64,000 nucleotides of DNA from Candidatus Acidiferrales bacterium (GTDB taxonomy: Bacteria; Acidobacteriota; Terriglobia; Acidiferrales; UBA7541). Under the pieces are notes generated by a model. That model searched no databases, had not been told where the DNA came from, and saw only the letters and a list, made by a program, of their open reading frames with translations. The position numbers were made by a program, and so were the translations under genes. The stretch covers positions 48,808 to 112,807 of the forward strand of contig JBEKAE010000010.1 of NCBI GenBank assembly GCA_050018375.1. Direction: 5' to 3'. Shown in pieces: positions 25,208-33,607 of this stretch (its first letter is position 1; each line of letters starts with the position of its first letter).

Positions 25208-26101
25208 ATGGCGCTTACAATGTCTGCACCTACAAGTCTTCCTCCAAAGCGAATTGGCTTCGAGACCTGGATGGATCGTGCGCTCGAGCGAGCCGAACAG
25301 GTGCAGCCCGGCTGGGACGCCGACGACGTTCACGATCTGCGGGTTGCGCTCCGGCGCTGCCGGACCATGGCGGATGCCTTGAGCGAAGTGAATCCCGGCT
25401 CCGGATGGCGCAAGCTCAAGAAAGCCAGCCGCGAGGTTTTTCACACTCTGGGCGATCTCCGCGACGTCCAGGTCGAGCGGGCCTGGGTTCGGAAGCTGGG
25501 GACTCCGGGCGATCCGGTGCGAAAGCACATGCTGCGGCTGCTGTCCGGCGAGGAAAAGAAGCACCGGCACAGCGCGGAGCAGGCGCTTGACGCCTTCGAC
25601 CGCAAAGAGTGGAAGAAGCTGACGAGGAAGCTCGCGTCGAAAGCGGGCTTTTTCCCGGTCGAGAGCGTCGTCTTTCAACGCCTGGCCCTCGGCAGTTTGA
25701 ACCGCGCCGTCGAGCTTTACGGGCAAGCTCGGAAAAGACGGACCAGCATCGCCTGGCACCGGCTGAGGATCGGAATCAAGAGCTTCCGCTATATCGTCGA
25801 AAACTTCCTGCCGCAGCGGTACGAGGTCTGGGCCGACGACCTGAAGCGCATGCAGGACCTGCTGGGCGAAGTGCACGACATGGACGTGCTGCGAAGCAGG
25901 ATTCGGAAGGAAGCCTCGAAATTCAATCCCGCCGTCATTGCCCAGTGGATTGACAGAGTCGAAGCTGAACGCAAGGCCCGCCTCCAGGAGTTCCTTGCGA
26001 AAACCTCTGGACCGCAGTCTCCGTGGCTCACGTGGCGCGCCGGATTTCAGTGGGGACACGCGCCGGTCGCCGCGTCATTTCCGCAGCGGCGCACGGCCTA
26101 A
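25208..26101 (+). CDS. CHAD domain-containing protein
   Basis: Repeated helical His/Arg motifs typical of CHAD (VHDLRVALRRCRTMADAL, LGDLRDVQV, WHRLRIGIKSFRYIVE, LGEVHDMDVL). Confidence 0.75.
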   Translation: MALTMSAPTSLPPKRIGFETWMDRALERAEQVQPGWDADDVHDLRVALRRCRTMADALSEVNPGSGWRKLKKASREVFHTLGDLRDVQVERAWVRKLGTPGDPVRKHMLRLLSGEEKKHRHSAEQALDAFDRKEWKKLTRKLASKAGFFPVESVVFQRLALGSLNRAVELYGQARKRRTSIAWHRLRIGIKSFRYIVENFLPQRYEVWADDLKRMQDLLGEVHDMDVLRSRIRKEASKFNPAVIAQWIDRVEAERKARLQEFLAKTSGPQSPWLTWRAGFQWGHAPVAASFPQRRTA

Positions 26102-26109
26102 CTGAAACG

Positions 26110-26604
26110 CTAGTCCCCCAAGTCGCGCAGCACCTTCGGAGTGAGAATCCAGCGCAGCTCCCAGCGGCTATGCGCCGTGGCCTGCTCGAAGCAGGCAGCG
26201 CCCGCTTTCTTCAGCATAGTAAAAGCGCCCCGCGCGCCCGCCAACTGCGCGATCAACAGGTCCACATGGGGCGCGTGGCCAAAACACGCCACCTCTTTCG
26301 CTTTCAAATGCGAGATTTCCTTCAGAATGTCGGCGGGATTTTCAGCCGGCTTCAGAGACTCGCTCACGCGGATTTTGTCGAGGGGGAATCCGAGCGCTTC
26401 GGCAAAAATCTCCGCCGTCTGCGCCGCGCGGACAAACGGGCTGGTGATCATAACGTCCGGCTTCGCGCCCAGCGCGCGCAATCCAAGCGCCGCGGACCGC
26501 GTCTTCTGCACTCCCCGCGCCGTCAGAGGGCGTTCGGCTTCGGCCGGGGCTTTGGGATCGGTGCGATCGACGGCGATGCCGTGACGAACGAGATAGAGGA
26601 TCAT
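26110..26604 (-). CDS. sixA: phosphohistidine phosphatase SixA-type (histidine phosphatase superfamily)
   Basis: MILYLVRHGIAV (RHG motif)...RPLTARG...ITSPFVRAAQTAEI...FGHAPH. 164 aa. Confidence 0.8.
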   Translation of the reverse strand: MILYLVRHGIAVDRTDPKAPAEAERPLTARGVQKTRSAALGLRALGAKPDVMITSPFVRAAQTAEIFAEALGFPLDKIRVSESLKPAENPADILKEISHLKAKEVACFGHAPHVDLLIAQLAGARGAFTMLKKAGAACFEQATAHSRWELRWILTPKVLRDLGD

Positions 26605-26607
26605 GGC

Positions 26608-28167
26608 TTACGCAACCTTTTCCCTTCGTTGGGCGCGCCGGAATTCGGCTTTGAGGTGGAACTCTTTCTCGAACAGCGCGGCTTTGCGTTCGAGCCCGGC
26701 GACGTCGAGCCGCGTTCCTTCGGCCGCCCGGATCAGGAAGATCGCGCGATGTCCCGCGATCTGCACGTCCACGCCCGAGACGCGCTGCGCGTGCTCCGAT
26801 TCGAGCTTTTCTGCGATCCGCAGCAGCGACGTCAGCAGGCGAACCTCGCGCCGGCGCGAGCCGTCGAGGGCCGCATAAGATGCGTGCTCGATCTGCGGCT
26901 CGGACTTGCAGTTGTGATAACGCACGAGCGCCCCGACCACGTCGCGCCGCCATCCGCCCAGCGCGGGTATTTCGCTGTTGCGGATCAGGTATTCACCATG
27001 GCGGTTGTGCGATTTGCGGTGGACGAAATGCCCAATGTCGTGCAGCAGCGCGGCCACTTCCAGCAGAAGGCGCAGGTCCGGCTCCATTTCGTGAATCGGG
27101 CGCAACTGATCGAAAAGTGAAAGCGCCAGGCGCGAGACCTGGTCGGCGTGCTGCGGGTCGTAATTGAGCTTCCGCGCGAACCACCGCGCCCCGGCCAGCA
27201 GCTCCGCCGCGCGGCCCTTTTCTTCCTCCGACGCCTCTCCGCCCGAATACTGTTCGGCAAGGATGTCGAGCAGCAATCCCTCGCGCACGCCGACTCCGGG
27301 GACCAGCATCGACCGCAGGTCGAGCCACTTCGCGACCGTCGTGATGATGATCGCGGCGATCCCCATCACTTCCGCGCGGTCCCTCCGCACGCGAAACGCC
27401 CGCACTCGCCCGGGCACGTCCAGCCGCAGGAGCCGCCAAGTCTGGTCCCGCAGCAGCCGCACGTTGATCGTCGGCGTTCTCCCAACCATCGGGCCCGCGG
27501 CGAGCCGCACGAGCGCCTCGGCGTTTCCTCCGCACGCGACCGCGATCGCGCGCGAAAGCTTCGGCGGGTTCGGCATCGCGCTGCGCAGCAGCGCCAGCAC
27601 GTGCATCCCCAGCCGCCGGACGTTGTCTTCGTCGATCGCGCCCTCGATTGAATACGTCTCCATCAGCCGGATCGTGCCGAGCGGCAGGGCGATGCGCTGC
27701 TGGAGCGCACCGCGCTCGAAGAAATTCATCTCCAGGCTGCCGCCGCCGAGATCGAAAATCACGCGCGGCTGAATGTTTTCGCCGAGCGCCCAGCGCACGG
27801 CCGAGCAGACCAGCCGCGCTTCTTCCTCGCTGCCGATCACCTCCAACTCGATCCCTGATTTCCGTCGGATGCGCTCCATCAGGCGCCGGTAATTGCGCAC
27901 CTCGCGGGCGGCGGCCGTAGCGACCGCGCGGTACGCGGTGACGTTAGCGCGGTCCATGCGGTCGCGGAAATACCGGAAGACGCGCGCGGCCTGCGAAATC
28001 GTCTCGTCGTCGAGCAAGTGCCGCGTGAACGCGTTGTGGCCCAGGCGCACTGCGGCGCGTTCGGTCTCGAGAAACTGGATCTGATCCGGCGAAGTGGCGC
28101 GCGCGATCACCAGGCGGATGGCGTTCGAGCCCGCGTCGATCGCTGCCAGTTGTACGGGGGCGGCCAC
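26608..28167 (-). CDS. ppx: exopolyphosphatase / guanosine pentaphosphate phosphohydrolase (Ppx/GppA) with C-terminal HD domain
   Basis: AAIDAGSNAIRLVIA, DLGGGSLE, then an HD region (LHDIGHFVHRKSHNRHGEYLI). GTG start at 28167, 3 nt after the stop of the upstream gene. Its stop lies 3 nt before the sixA ATG. Confidence 0.85.
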   Translation of the reverse strand: MAAPVQLAAIDAGSNAIRLVIARATSPDQIQFLETERAAVRLGHNAFTRHLLDDETISQAARVFRYFRDRMDRANVTAYRAVATAAAREVRNYRRLMERIRRKSGIELEVIGSEEEARLVCSAVRWALGENIQPRVIFDLGGGSLEMNFFERGALQQRIALPLGTIRLMETYSIEGAIDEDNVRRLGMHVLALLRSAMPNPPKLSRAIAVACGGNAEALVRLAAGPMVGRTPTINVRLLRDQTWRLLRLDVPGRVRAFRVRRDRAEVMGIAAIIITTVAKWLDLRSMLVPGVGVREGLLLDILAEQYSGGEASEEEKGRAAELLAGARWFARKLNYDPQHADQVSRLALSLFDQLRPIHEMEPDLRLLLEVAALLHDIGHFVHRKSHNRHGEYLIRNSEIPALGGWRRDVVGALVRYHNCKSEPQIEHASYAALDGSRRREVRLLTSLLRIAEKLESEHAQRVSGVDVQIAGHRAIFLIRAAEGTRLDVAGLERKAALFEKEFHLKAEFRRAQRREKVA

Positions 28168-28170
28168 TCT

Positions 28171-28998
28171 TTAGCGCCAGAGGTGCGCGAGCGCGTGCGA
28201 AGGCTTGTAGTGCGTGCTCCGGATGCCCAGATGCGACGCGATGCGCTTGCGCAGCACCCGGTTCACCTCCGAGACGCTTCCTTCGCCGTCCAATTCGATG
28301 AATCCGTGCCGTTTCGAAAGATATTCGAATTCCCGCTTGATCAGCGACTGGTAACGAATGAACGATTGGAAGAGGTCGTTCGAAAGCGACATGTCGCGCC
28401 CCGACTCCCAGTAGCTGATCGTCTGCGACTTCTTGAACTCGCGGTCAAACGCCACTTCCGGCCGCACGTTCAGCCAGAAGGTCAGGTCCGGACGCAGCGC
28501 GATCTCGTAAATCCCGTGCAGGTAGTCGCGCCCAATCCCGCGGACCGCCGCGCGCGCGATCAGCGTGAAGATATAGCGGTCGGCGAGAACAATCAACCCC
28601 GAACGCAGCGCCGGCAGAATCCGCCGCTCGAGCTGGTCGAAAAAGTCGGTGCTGTACATCAGCGCCAGCGTCATGCGCGTCACCGCGTTTTCCGCGAGCA
28701 GCGCGTCGATGTCCTCGCCCACCAGGTACGACCGCCGCAGGCCCATCGTCTGGACCGCGAAGCCTTCTGATTCAAGCCATTCGGTGAGCAGCGAAATCTG
28801 CGTCGAGCGGCCCGAGCCGTCCGTTCCCTCGACCACAATCAGGCTGCCGCTGAGTTCCTCGGGCTTGATTCCCGGCAGCGGGATTCCGTAGAAACGCGAA
28901 GCGAGGTCGTTGTGTCCGTTCTTCCCATTCTTCGACGCCTTCGCGCGATGCCCGTTGGGCGAAACGGCGGGAGCGGAATTGGAGCGGGTGCGTTTCAT
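28171..28998 (-). CDS. thymidylate kinase-like P-loop protein 2 (Walker A Lys replaced by Arg)
   Basis: LIVVEGTDGSGRSTQ (Tmk-type P-loop, but GR instead of GK) and VLADRYIFT (DRY/DRH motif). The REPGGT-type dTMP-binding motif is absent. Basic N-terminal tail of ~50 aa. ATGA start/stop overlap with the upstream gene. Confidence 0.65.
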   Translation of the reverse strand: MKRTRSNSAPAVSPNGHRAKASKNGKNGHNDLASRFYGIPLPGIKPEELSGSLIVVEGTDGSGRSTQISLLTEWLESEGFAVQTMGLRRSYLVGEDIDALLAENAVTRMTLALMYSTDFFDQLERRILPALRSGLIVLADRYIFTLIARAAVRGIGRDYLHGIYEIALRPDLTFWLNVRPEVAFDREFKKSQTISYWESGRDMSLSNDLFQSFIRYQSLIKREFEYLSKRHGFIELDGEGSVSEVNRVLRKRIASHLGIRSTHYKPSHALAHLWR

Positions 28999-29729
28999 TT
29001 TTTCTTTGGCGCGAAGTGCGGCAGGTCGATTCGCTCGCCGAGAAGCTGGCGCATCAGCTTCTGAAGCTTGTTCACCCGGAGCGTCCCGTCCATCAGGACG
29101 AAATTGTCCGTCTCGATCATCTGGTCGTAGTTGTTCAGGATGCGCTCCTGGAAGATGCGGAAGCTCTCCGCGCGGTCGAGCGAAATCCCCAGGTCCATCC
29201 CGGCCTCGTAGTATTTCAGCTTCGGCCTCCCGGCGACGATCCGGTTGACGGCCACGTCCAGCGGCGCGCGGAAATAAAACGTGATGTCCGGCACCGGGGC
29301 GAAGCTATAGAGGTTGCGCAGCCAGTGCGGCGAGCAGGCGCGGGCCGCGTCGCGTGCAAACGCCGTATAGATGTAGCGGTCCGCCAGCACCAGATAGCCG
29401 CCGTGGAGCAGCGGCAGGATTTGCCGCTCGCAGCGGTCGGCGAAATCCGCGGCGTGCAGCAGCGAGAAGGTCGTCGGCGTCAGCAGCCGCCGCTGCTTGC
29501 CGCGCCGCGTGGCGGACTTCACCAGCGGCGACGAATTCCACTCCGTGAAATGGATGCGGTAGCCGTTGATTTCGAGCCACCGCTTCAGCAGGTAGAGCTG
29601 CGTGCTTTTCCCCGAGCCGTCGATCCCCTCCACCACCACGAGCGCGCCGGGGTACTGGCGCTTCGCTGCGGCCGCCTTTTCCGGCGCCGGCTGTGCGGCT
29701 GTGGTGATTTCGGGAGTGACCGTGGCCAT
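28995..29729 (-). CDS. thymidylate kinase-like P-loop protein 1
   Basis: LVVVEGIDGSGKSTQ (canonical Tmk-type Walker A) and VLADRYIYT. The REPGGT-type motif is replaced by TEWNSSP. Start taken at MATVTPE (29729). Confidence 0.65.
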   Translation of the reverse strand: MATVTPEITTAAQPAPEKAAAAKRQYPGALVVVEGIDGSGKSTQLYLLKRWLEINGYRIHFTEWNSSPLVKSATRRGKQRRLLTPTTFSLLHAADFADRCERQILPLLHGGYLVLADRYIYTAFARDAARACSPHWLRNLYSFAPVPDITFYFRAPLDVAVNRIVAGRPKLKYYEAGMDLGISLDRAESFRIFQERILNNYDQMIETDNFVLMDGTLRVNKLQKLMRQLLGERIDLPHFAPKKK

Positions 29730-30194
29730 GGGGGCACACCTAGACCCAAAAACCCATGATACTTCCAAACTTTGAATGGAGCATGAAAATTCTGTTACAC
29801 CCGCCTTACCTGATTCGTTATCCCGCGCTTGTTGCGGTCCGGTCGTCCTCGCGGACCGAGCCCGGTCGGTTGACTGGAGGTTCTCTGCTATCGTCTATCA
29901 AAGGTTCATTCTAGGACTTCAAAAAATCCAAAACGGTACATGCGCTTTGTCCTCAGCAAGTTTCTTCGTGCCTTCCGCCTTCTCTGTGCGGGCTTCCGTG
30001 CGCCGTGGAATAGGAAATTAAGGAGTTCTCTTCCGAACGACGGTTGAACTTTGGCGCCCGGCCCCGCGCGGCGTTTTGGAATTAAGCGTGCTCGCCTTGA
30101 AGTGTCGATCGCGGTCTCCCTTCCGACCTGCACAGGCCCCTATTCCAGACTGAGTTGCCCAACACGTGTCTCCACGTGAGGGCCGAGGTGCGCC

Positions 30195-30983
30195 ATGGGC
30201 TTCGGATTAACCGCTACGGTTCGCTTCAAGACCTTGGCAGTCTCCGCACTCGTACTTGTTTTTCCCATCGCCGCTGGCGCAGCGAGCCACAAGTTCGTCC
30301 CCTGTAAGCCGGTAGGCGCCCAGTGTGTCGGCATCGTCGAGCTCTATGACGACGGCGTCTATTGGATCGCGAACCGCGTGGTGAAGGACGGCCGCGAAAC
30401 GTGGGAACCGATCAAGAAAGCGGACTGTCCGAGGGACCAGGATTACCACGAGCGCAAGGCATATGCATGGGACCGAAAGTACGGAGACTACATTTGTGTC
30501 TACGATGAGATCCGGGAGCGCCCCGACCCCGCGACAAAGCGCGGCAAGCTCTTCCGGTACATCGGCACCCACAAAGCCCTTCTTGCGAGTGACGCGACAC
30601 TATTCATTTCCAGCATGGCCGATGCCGCATCGGCAGTACATTGCCAACACGTGAGTTCTTCCTGTCGAGAAACGAACCCCATCCTTGGTCCACATCCCAG
30701 CAGCGCCGGTATCTACGGGACGAAGCTGGGCCTCACCGCCGCGTATATCGGGCTCGACCACTGGTGGGCGTACGAATTCAAGGGACACGAGCCGGACACA
30801 GCCTATCTCTTTTGGTGCGCCTGGCTTGTTGGTCAGAACTACTACGGAACCTTGACCAACATCAATACCGCGAGGGGCGTCCCATCTGCGCAGATTGCGG
30901 TGTGGGGAGATGACCTCGCGGCCGCCCGTGAGCGACTTACGGCCGCCCATGAGCGACTGATGGGGGCCGTTCCGATACCCTGA
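30195..30983 (+). CDS. hypothetical exported/membrane protein
   Basis: Signal-peptide-like N-terminus (TLAVSALVLVFPIAAGAAS). Cys-rich N-domain. Hydrophobic C-half with an ETNPILG motif. No family recognised. Confidence 0.45.
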   Translation: MGFGLTATVRFKTLAVSALVLVFPIAAGAASHKFVPCKPVGAQCVGIVELYDDGVYWIANRVVKDGRETWEPIKKADCPRDQDYHERKAYAWDRKYGDYICVYDEIRERPDPATKRGKLFRYIGTHKALLASDATLFISSMADAASAVHCQHVSSSCRETNPILGPHPSSAGIYGTKLGLTAAYIGLDHWWAYEFKGHEPDTAYLFWCAWLVGQNYYGTLTNINTARGVPSAQIAVWGDDLAAARERLTAAHERLMGAVPIP

Positions 30984-31210
30984 AAACGCAGTTGAGGAAT
31001 CCCGCAGCGAAGGTGCCCGTGGAAGGCCCAGCCGCTCCTTTTTCCATCCGCCTGACCTGAATTGCTCTAGTTCTCTTCGATGCTGACTCGGCAGTCATCC
31101 CCTCGCGCGTCGCTTCTGCCCCTTGCACGGAAGGGACCATCTGATTCGTCCACGCCGAACAGTTCATGCTGTATAATCCCGCAATTCGTTCGGCCCCAGG
31201 GAGGCGCACG

Positions 31211-31495
31211 GTGGCGGAGTGGCAATACGCGCAGGCGGATCCGTCCGACGAGCTGGCTCAGCTCTCCTTCTATTCCATGAAGAAGCGGCAGGGCGGACGC
31301 GACATCGAATTCCGGATCACGGTGAAGGAATTTGTCGAGCGGCCCGCCGGCCAGCACTCGCGGTTCTTCGCCGAAGCGGATAAGCACGTCAACCAGAAGA
31401 CGGCGGCGATCCTTCCTCACGGCTGGGGCAATTCCGTGCTCGAAGCGCTGGCTGACTGTGTGCGCATGATCCGCCAATTTCCGTATGAGGACTAG
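31211..31495 (+). CDS. hypothetical small protein (94 aa)
   Basis: GTG at 31211 with GGGAGG 6 nt upstream. It ends 15 nt before the STAS gene. No motif recognised. Confidence 0.4.
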   Translation: MAEWQYAQADPSDELAQLSFYSMKKRQGGRDIEFRITVKEFVERPAGQHSRFFAEADKHVNQKTAAILPHGWGNSVLEALADCVRMIRQFPYED

Positions 31496-31510
31496 AGGAC
31501 TAGCCAGACG

Positions 31511-31861
31511 ATGAGATTCACAACGAAGCGCGTCGAGCCGGGCATCGTGGTGCTCGAAATGTCGGGCCGCTTCCTGATGGGGCAGGATTGCCATCAGGTT
31601 GACAGCGAAGTCGAGCAGCACATCCTTCGCAACGAGAAGAGCTTCATCTTCGACCTTTCCGCCGTGGACCATATCGATAGCGGCGCCGTGGGGCAAATCG
31701 TGAAGTCCCTGACGAGGCTCAAGAAATCCGGCGGGACGCTGCGCCTCGCGGGAGTCCGCGGCATGGTCGACGGCGTCCTGACGATGACGCAACTGAACCG
31801 CGTGATCGAGATCTTCCCCACCGCCGCCGAAGCCGCCAAGAATTTTCCGCCGGCACAGTAG
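31511..31861 (+). CDS. STAS domain anti-sigma-factor antagonist (SpoIIAA/RsbV-like)
   Basis: 116 aa. VVLEMSGRFLMG...FIFDLSAVDHIDSGAVGQIV...GTLRLAGV is the classic STAS pattern, with a candidate phospho-Ser in DHIDSGAVG. Confidence 0.8.
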   Translation: MRFTTKRVEPGIVVLEMSGRFLMGQDCHQVDSEVEQHILRNEKSFIFDLSAVDHIDSGAVGQIVKSLTRLKKSGGTLRLAGVRGMVDGVLTMTQLNRVIEIFPTAAEAAKNFPPAQ

Positions 31862-32196
31862 CGCCTGCGGGTCCCAAAAGTCCACAGACCCGCACAGTTG
31901 CGCGCCGGCTCGAAATGTGCCACGTTGGGCGCATGATAAGAACCTTGGAAGCTTTGGGGATGACGGAGCCGGGAACGGTATCGCTACCGCCGGCGGTAAA
32001 TTGCCTCGGCGACTTCCGTATCAGTCTGCCCGCGCCCTGCCTTCTACCCGCAACTGGCCGCCGAGTAGATTTCGTTGTAACTCGTTCAAAACAAAGAATC
32101 GGTGTGCCTCTTACCCGCAAATGGAAACGGGGGGTCGCGCGCGCCTCATGCGAGCCGGATTGGTTTGCGGATTGCATTCGCAGAGGGGAAAACTGA

Positions 32197-33012
32197 ATGG
32201 CGACGAACTTCGGCAAAGAACTGATGGTGAAGCCGGGCAAAAAGGTGAAGCTCGCGGACTACGATCCCGAGAACACGCTCGGCTGGGACAAGGGCCACAA
32301 AACGAAGGTGAGCCTCGAAAAGTCGATCGAGCGGCTCGACAAATTGCAATATCTGCTCTACGCCGAGCACAAGCGCGCGCTGCTGATCGTCCTGCAAGGC
32401 CGCGACGCTGCCGGAAAGGACGGCACGATTCGCCACGTCATGACCGGCTGCAATCCGCAGGGCTGCCACGTGACGTCGTTCAGACAGCCTTCGGCCGAGG
32501 AATCCTCGCATGAATATCTCTGGCGCGTGCATGAAGCCATTCCCGAATACGGCGACATCGGAATCTTCAACCGGTCCGTTTACGAGGACGTTCTCGTCGT
32601 GCGCGTTCACAATCTCGTGCCGAAAGAGATCTGGTCGCGGCGCTACAATCAGATCAACGAATTCGAGGAACTGCTGCACGACAATCGCATCAAGATCATC
32701 AAGTTTTTCCTTCACATCAGCAAGGACGAGCAGAAACGCCGGTTCCAGCAGCGCATCGACGATCCCGACCGGCGCTGGAAAATCTCCCAGGCCGATTTCG
32801 ACGAGCGGAAATTCTGGGACGACTACACGGCGGCCTACGAAGATGTCCTTACAAAATGCAGCACGGATTACGCGCCTTGGTTCGTGATCCCCGCGAACAA
32901 GAAATGGTTCCGCAACCTTGCCGTCTCGCACATCATCGCCGAGACGATGGAAAGCATGAACATGAAATTCCCGCCGCCGTCGATCGATGTGAAAAAACTG
33001 AAGTGGCAATGA
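32197..33012 (+). CDS. ppk2: polyphosphate kinase 2 family protein (single-domain PPK2)
   Basis: ALLIVLQGRDAAGKDGTI (Walker A), YLWRVHEAIPEYGDIGIFNRSVYEDVLVVRVH, WFVIPANKKWFRN. Typical PPK2. Confidence 0.85.
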   Translation: MATNFGKELMVKPGKKVKLADYDPENTLGWDKGHKTKVSLEKSIERLDKLQYLLYAEHKRALLIVLQGRDAAGKDGTIRHVMTGCNPQGCHVTSFRQPSAEESSHEYLWRVHEAIPEYGDIGIFNRSVYEDVLVVRVHNLVPKEIWSRRYNQINEFEELLHDNRIKIIKFFLHISKDEQKRRFQQRIDDPDRRWKISQADFDERKFWDDYTAAYEDVLTKCSTDYAPWFVIPANKKWFRNLAVSHIIAETMESMNMKFPPPSIDVKKLKWQ

Positions 33013-33051
33013 TCGCAGGTGGAAGACTCGAACATCGGGAGGCAGGGTCGG

Positions 33052-33588
33052 ATGAGGGACTTCATCCTGGGGATTTTATTTGCGTTGATCGTGCTGGTTG
33101 CGGGCGCCTGGTTCGTCTTGAAGAAGGGTTATGTTGATTTCGCAGCGGACCAGCGGCCGTCTCTCATGGAAGCGAAGCTCTCGATGGCGGCGGTGGACGC
33201 CTGGACGGATCGTCGCGCTCCGGAAGGGAAGAGTCCGATTCAACCGACGGAGGAAAACATCGCGGCGGGCGCCAAAATCTACCTCGATCACTGCGCGGGA
33301 TGTCACGGCGTTCCGTCGAATCCGGACGGTCAATTCGCCCGGTCGTTCAATCCGCCCGCGCCCGGTTTTTTCAACGACGCGCCGGACATGCCGGACAATC
33401 AGAACTTCTACATCATCCAGCACGGCATCCGGTGGACCGGAATGCCCGCCTGGAGCAAGACGCTCGACGAAACGCAGACTTGGCAGGTCGTGACGTTCCT
33501 GAGCAACCTCGAAAAACTTCCGCCCGCCGCACAAAAAATCTTTGGACCATCGGTGGCGCCGCCGATGTCGATGCCGATGGCTCACTGA
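33052..33588 (+). CDS. membrane-anchored c-type cytochrome
   Basis: N-terminal TM helix (FILGILFALIVLVAGAWFVL). Haem motif CAGCH. Distal Met region (WTGMPAW). ATG at 33052 with GGGAGG 9 nt upstream. Confidence 0.7.
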   Translation: MRDFILGILFALIVLVAGAWFVLKKGYVDFAADQRPSLMEAKLSMAAVDAWTDRRAPEGKSPIQPTEENIAAGAKIYLDHCAGCHGVPSNPDGQFARSFNPPAPGFFNDAPDMPDNQNFYIIQHGIRWTGMPAWSKTLDETQTWQVVTFLSNLEKLPPAAQKIFGPSVAPPMSMPMAH

Positions 33589-33607
33589 ATCCGTTCTCGC
33601 GCGGTTC

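Noticed and set aside
23852-26059. 735-aa ORF on the minus strand
   Set aside because: It is antisense to the GGDEF-PilZ and CHAD genes, both of which carry clear family motifs. Its composition is that of a GC-rich artefact.
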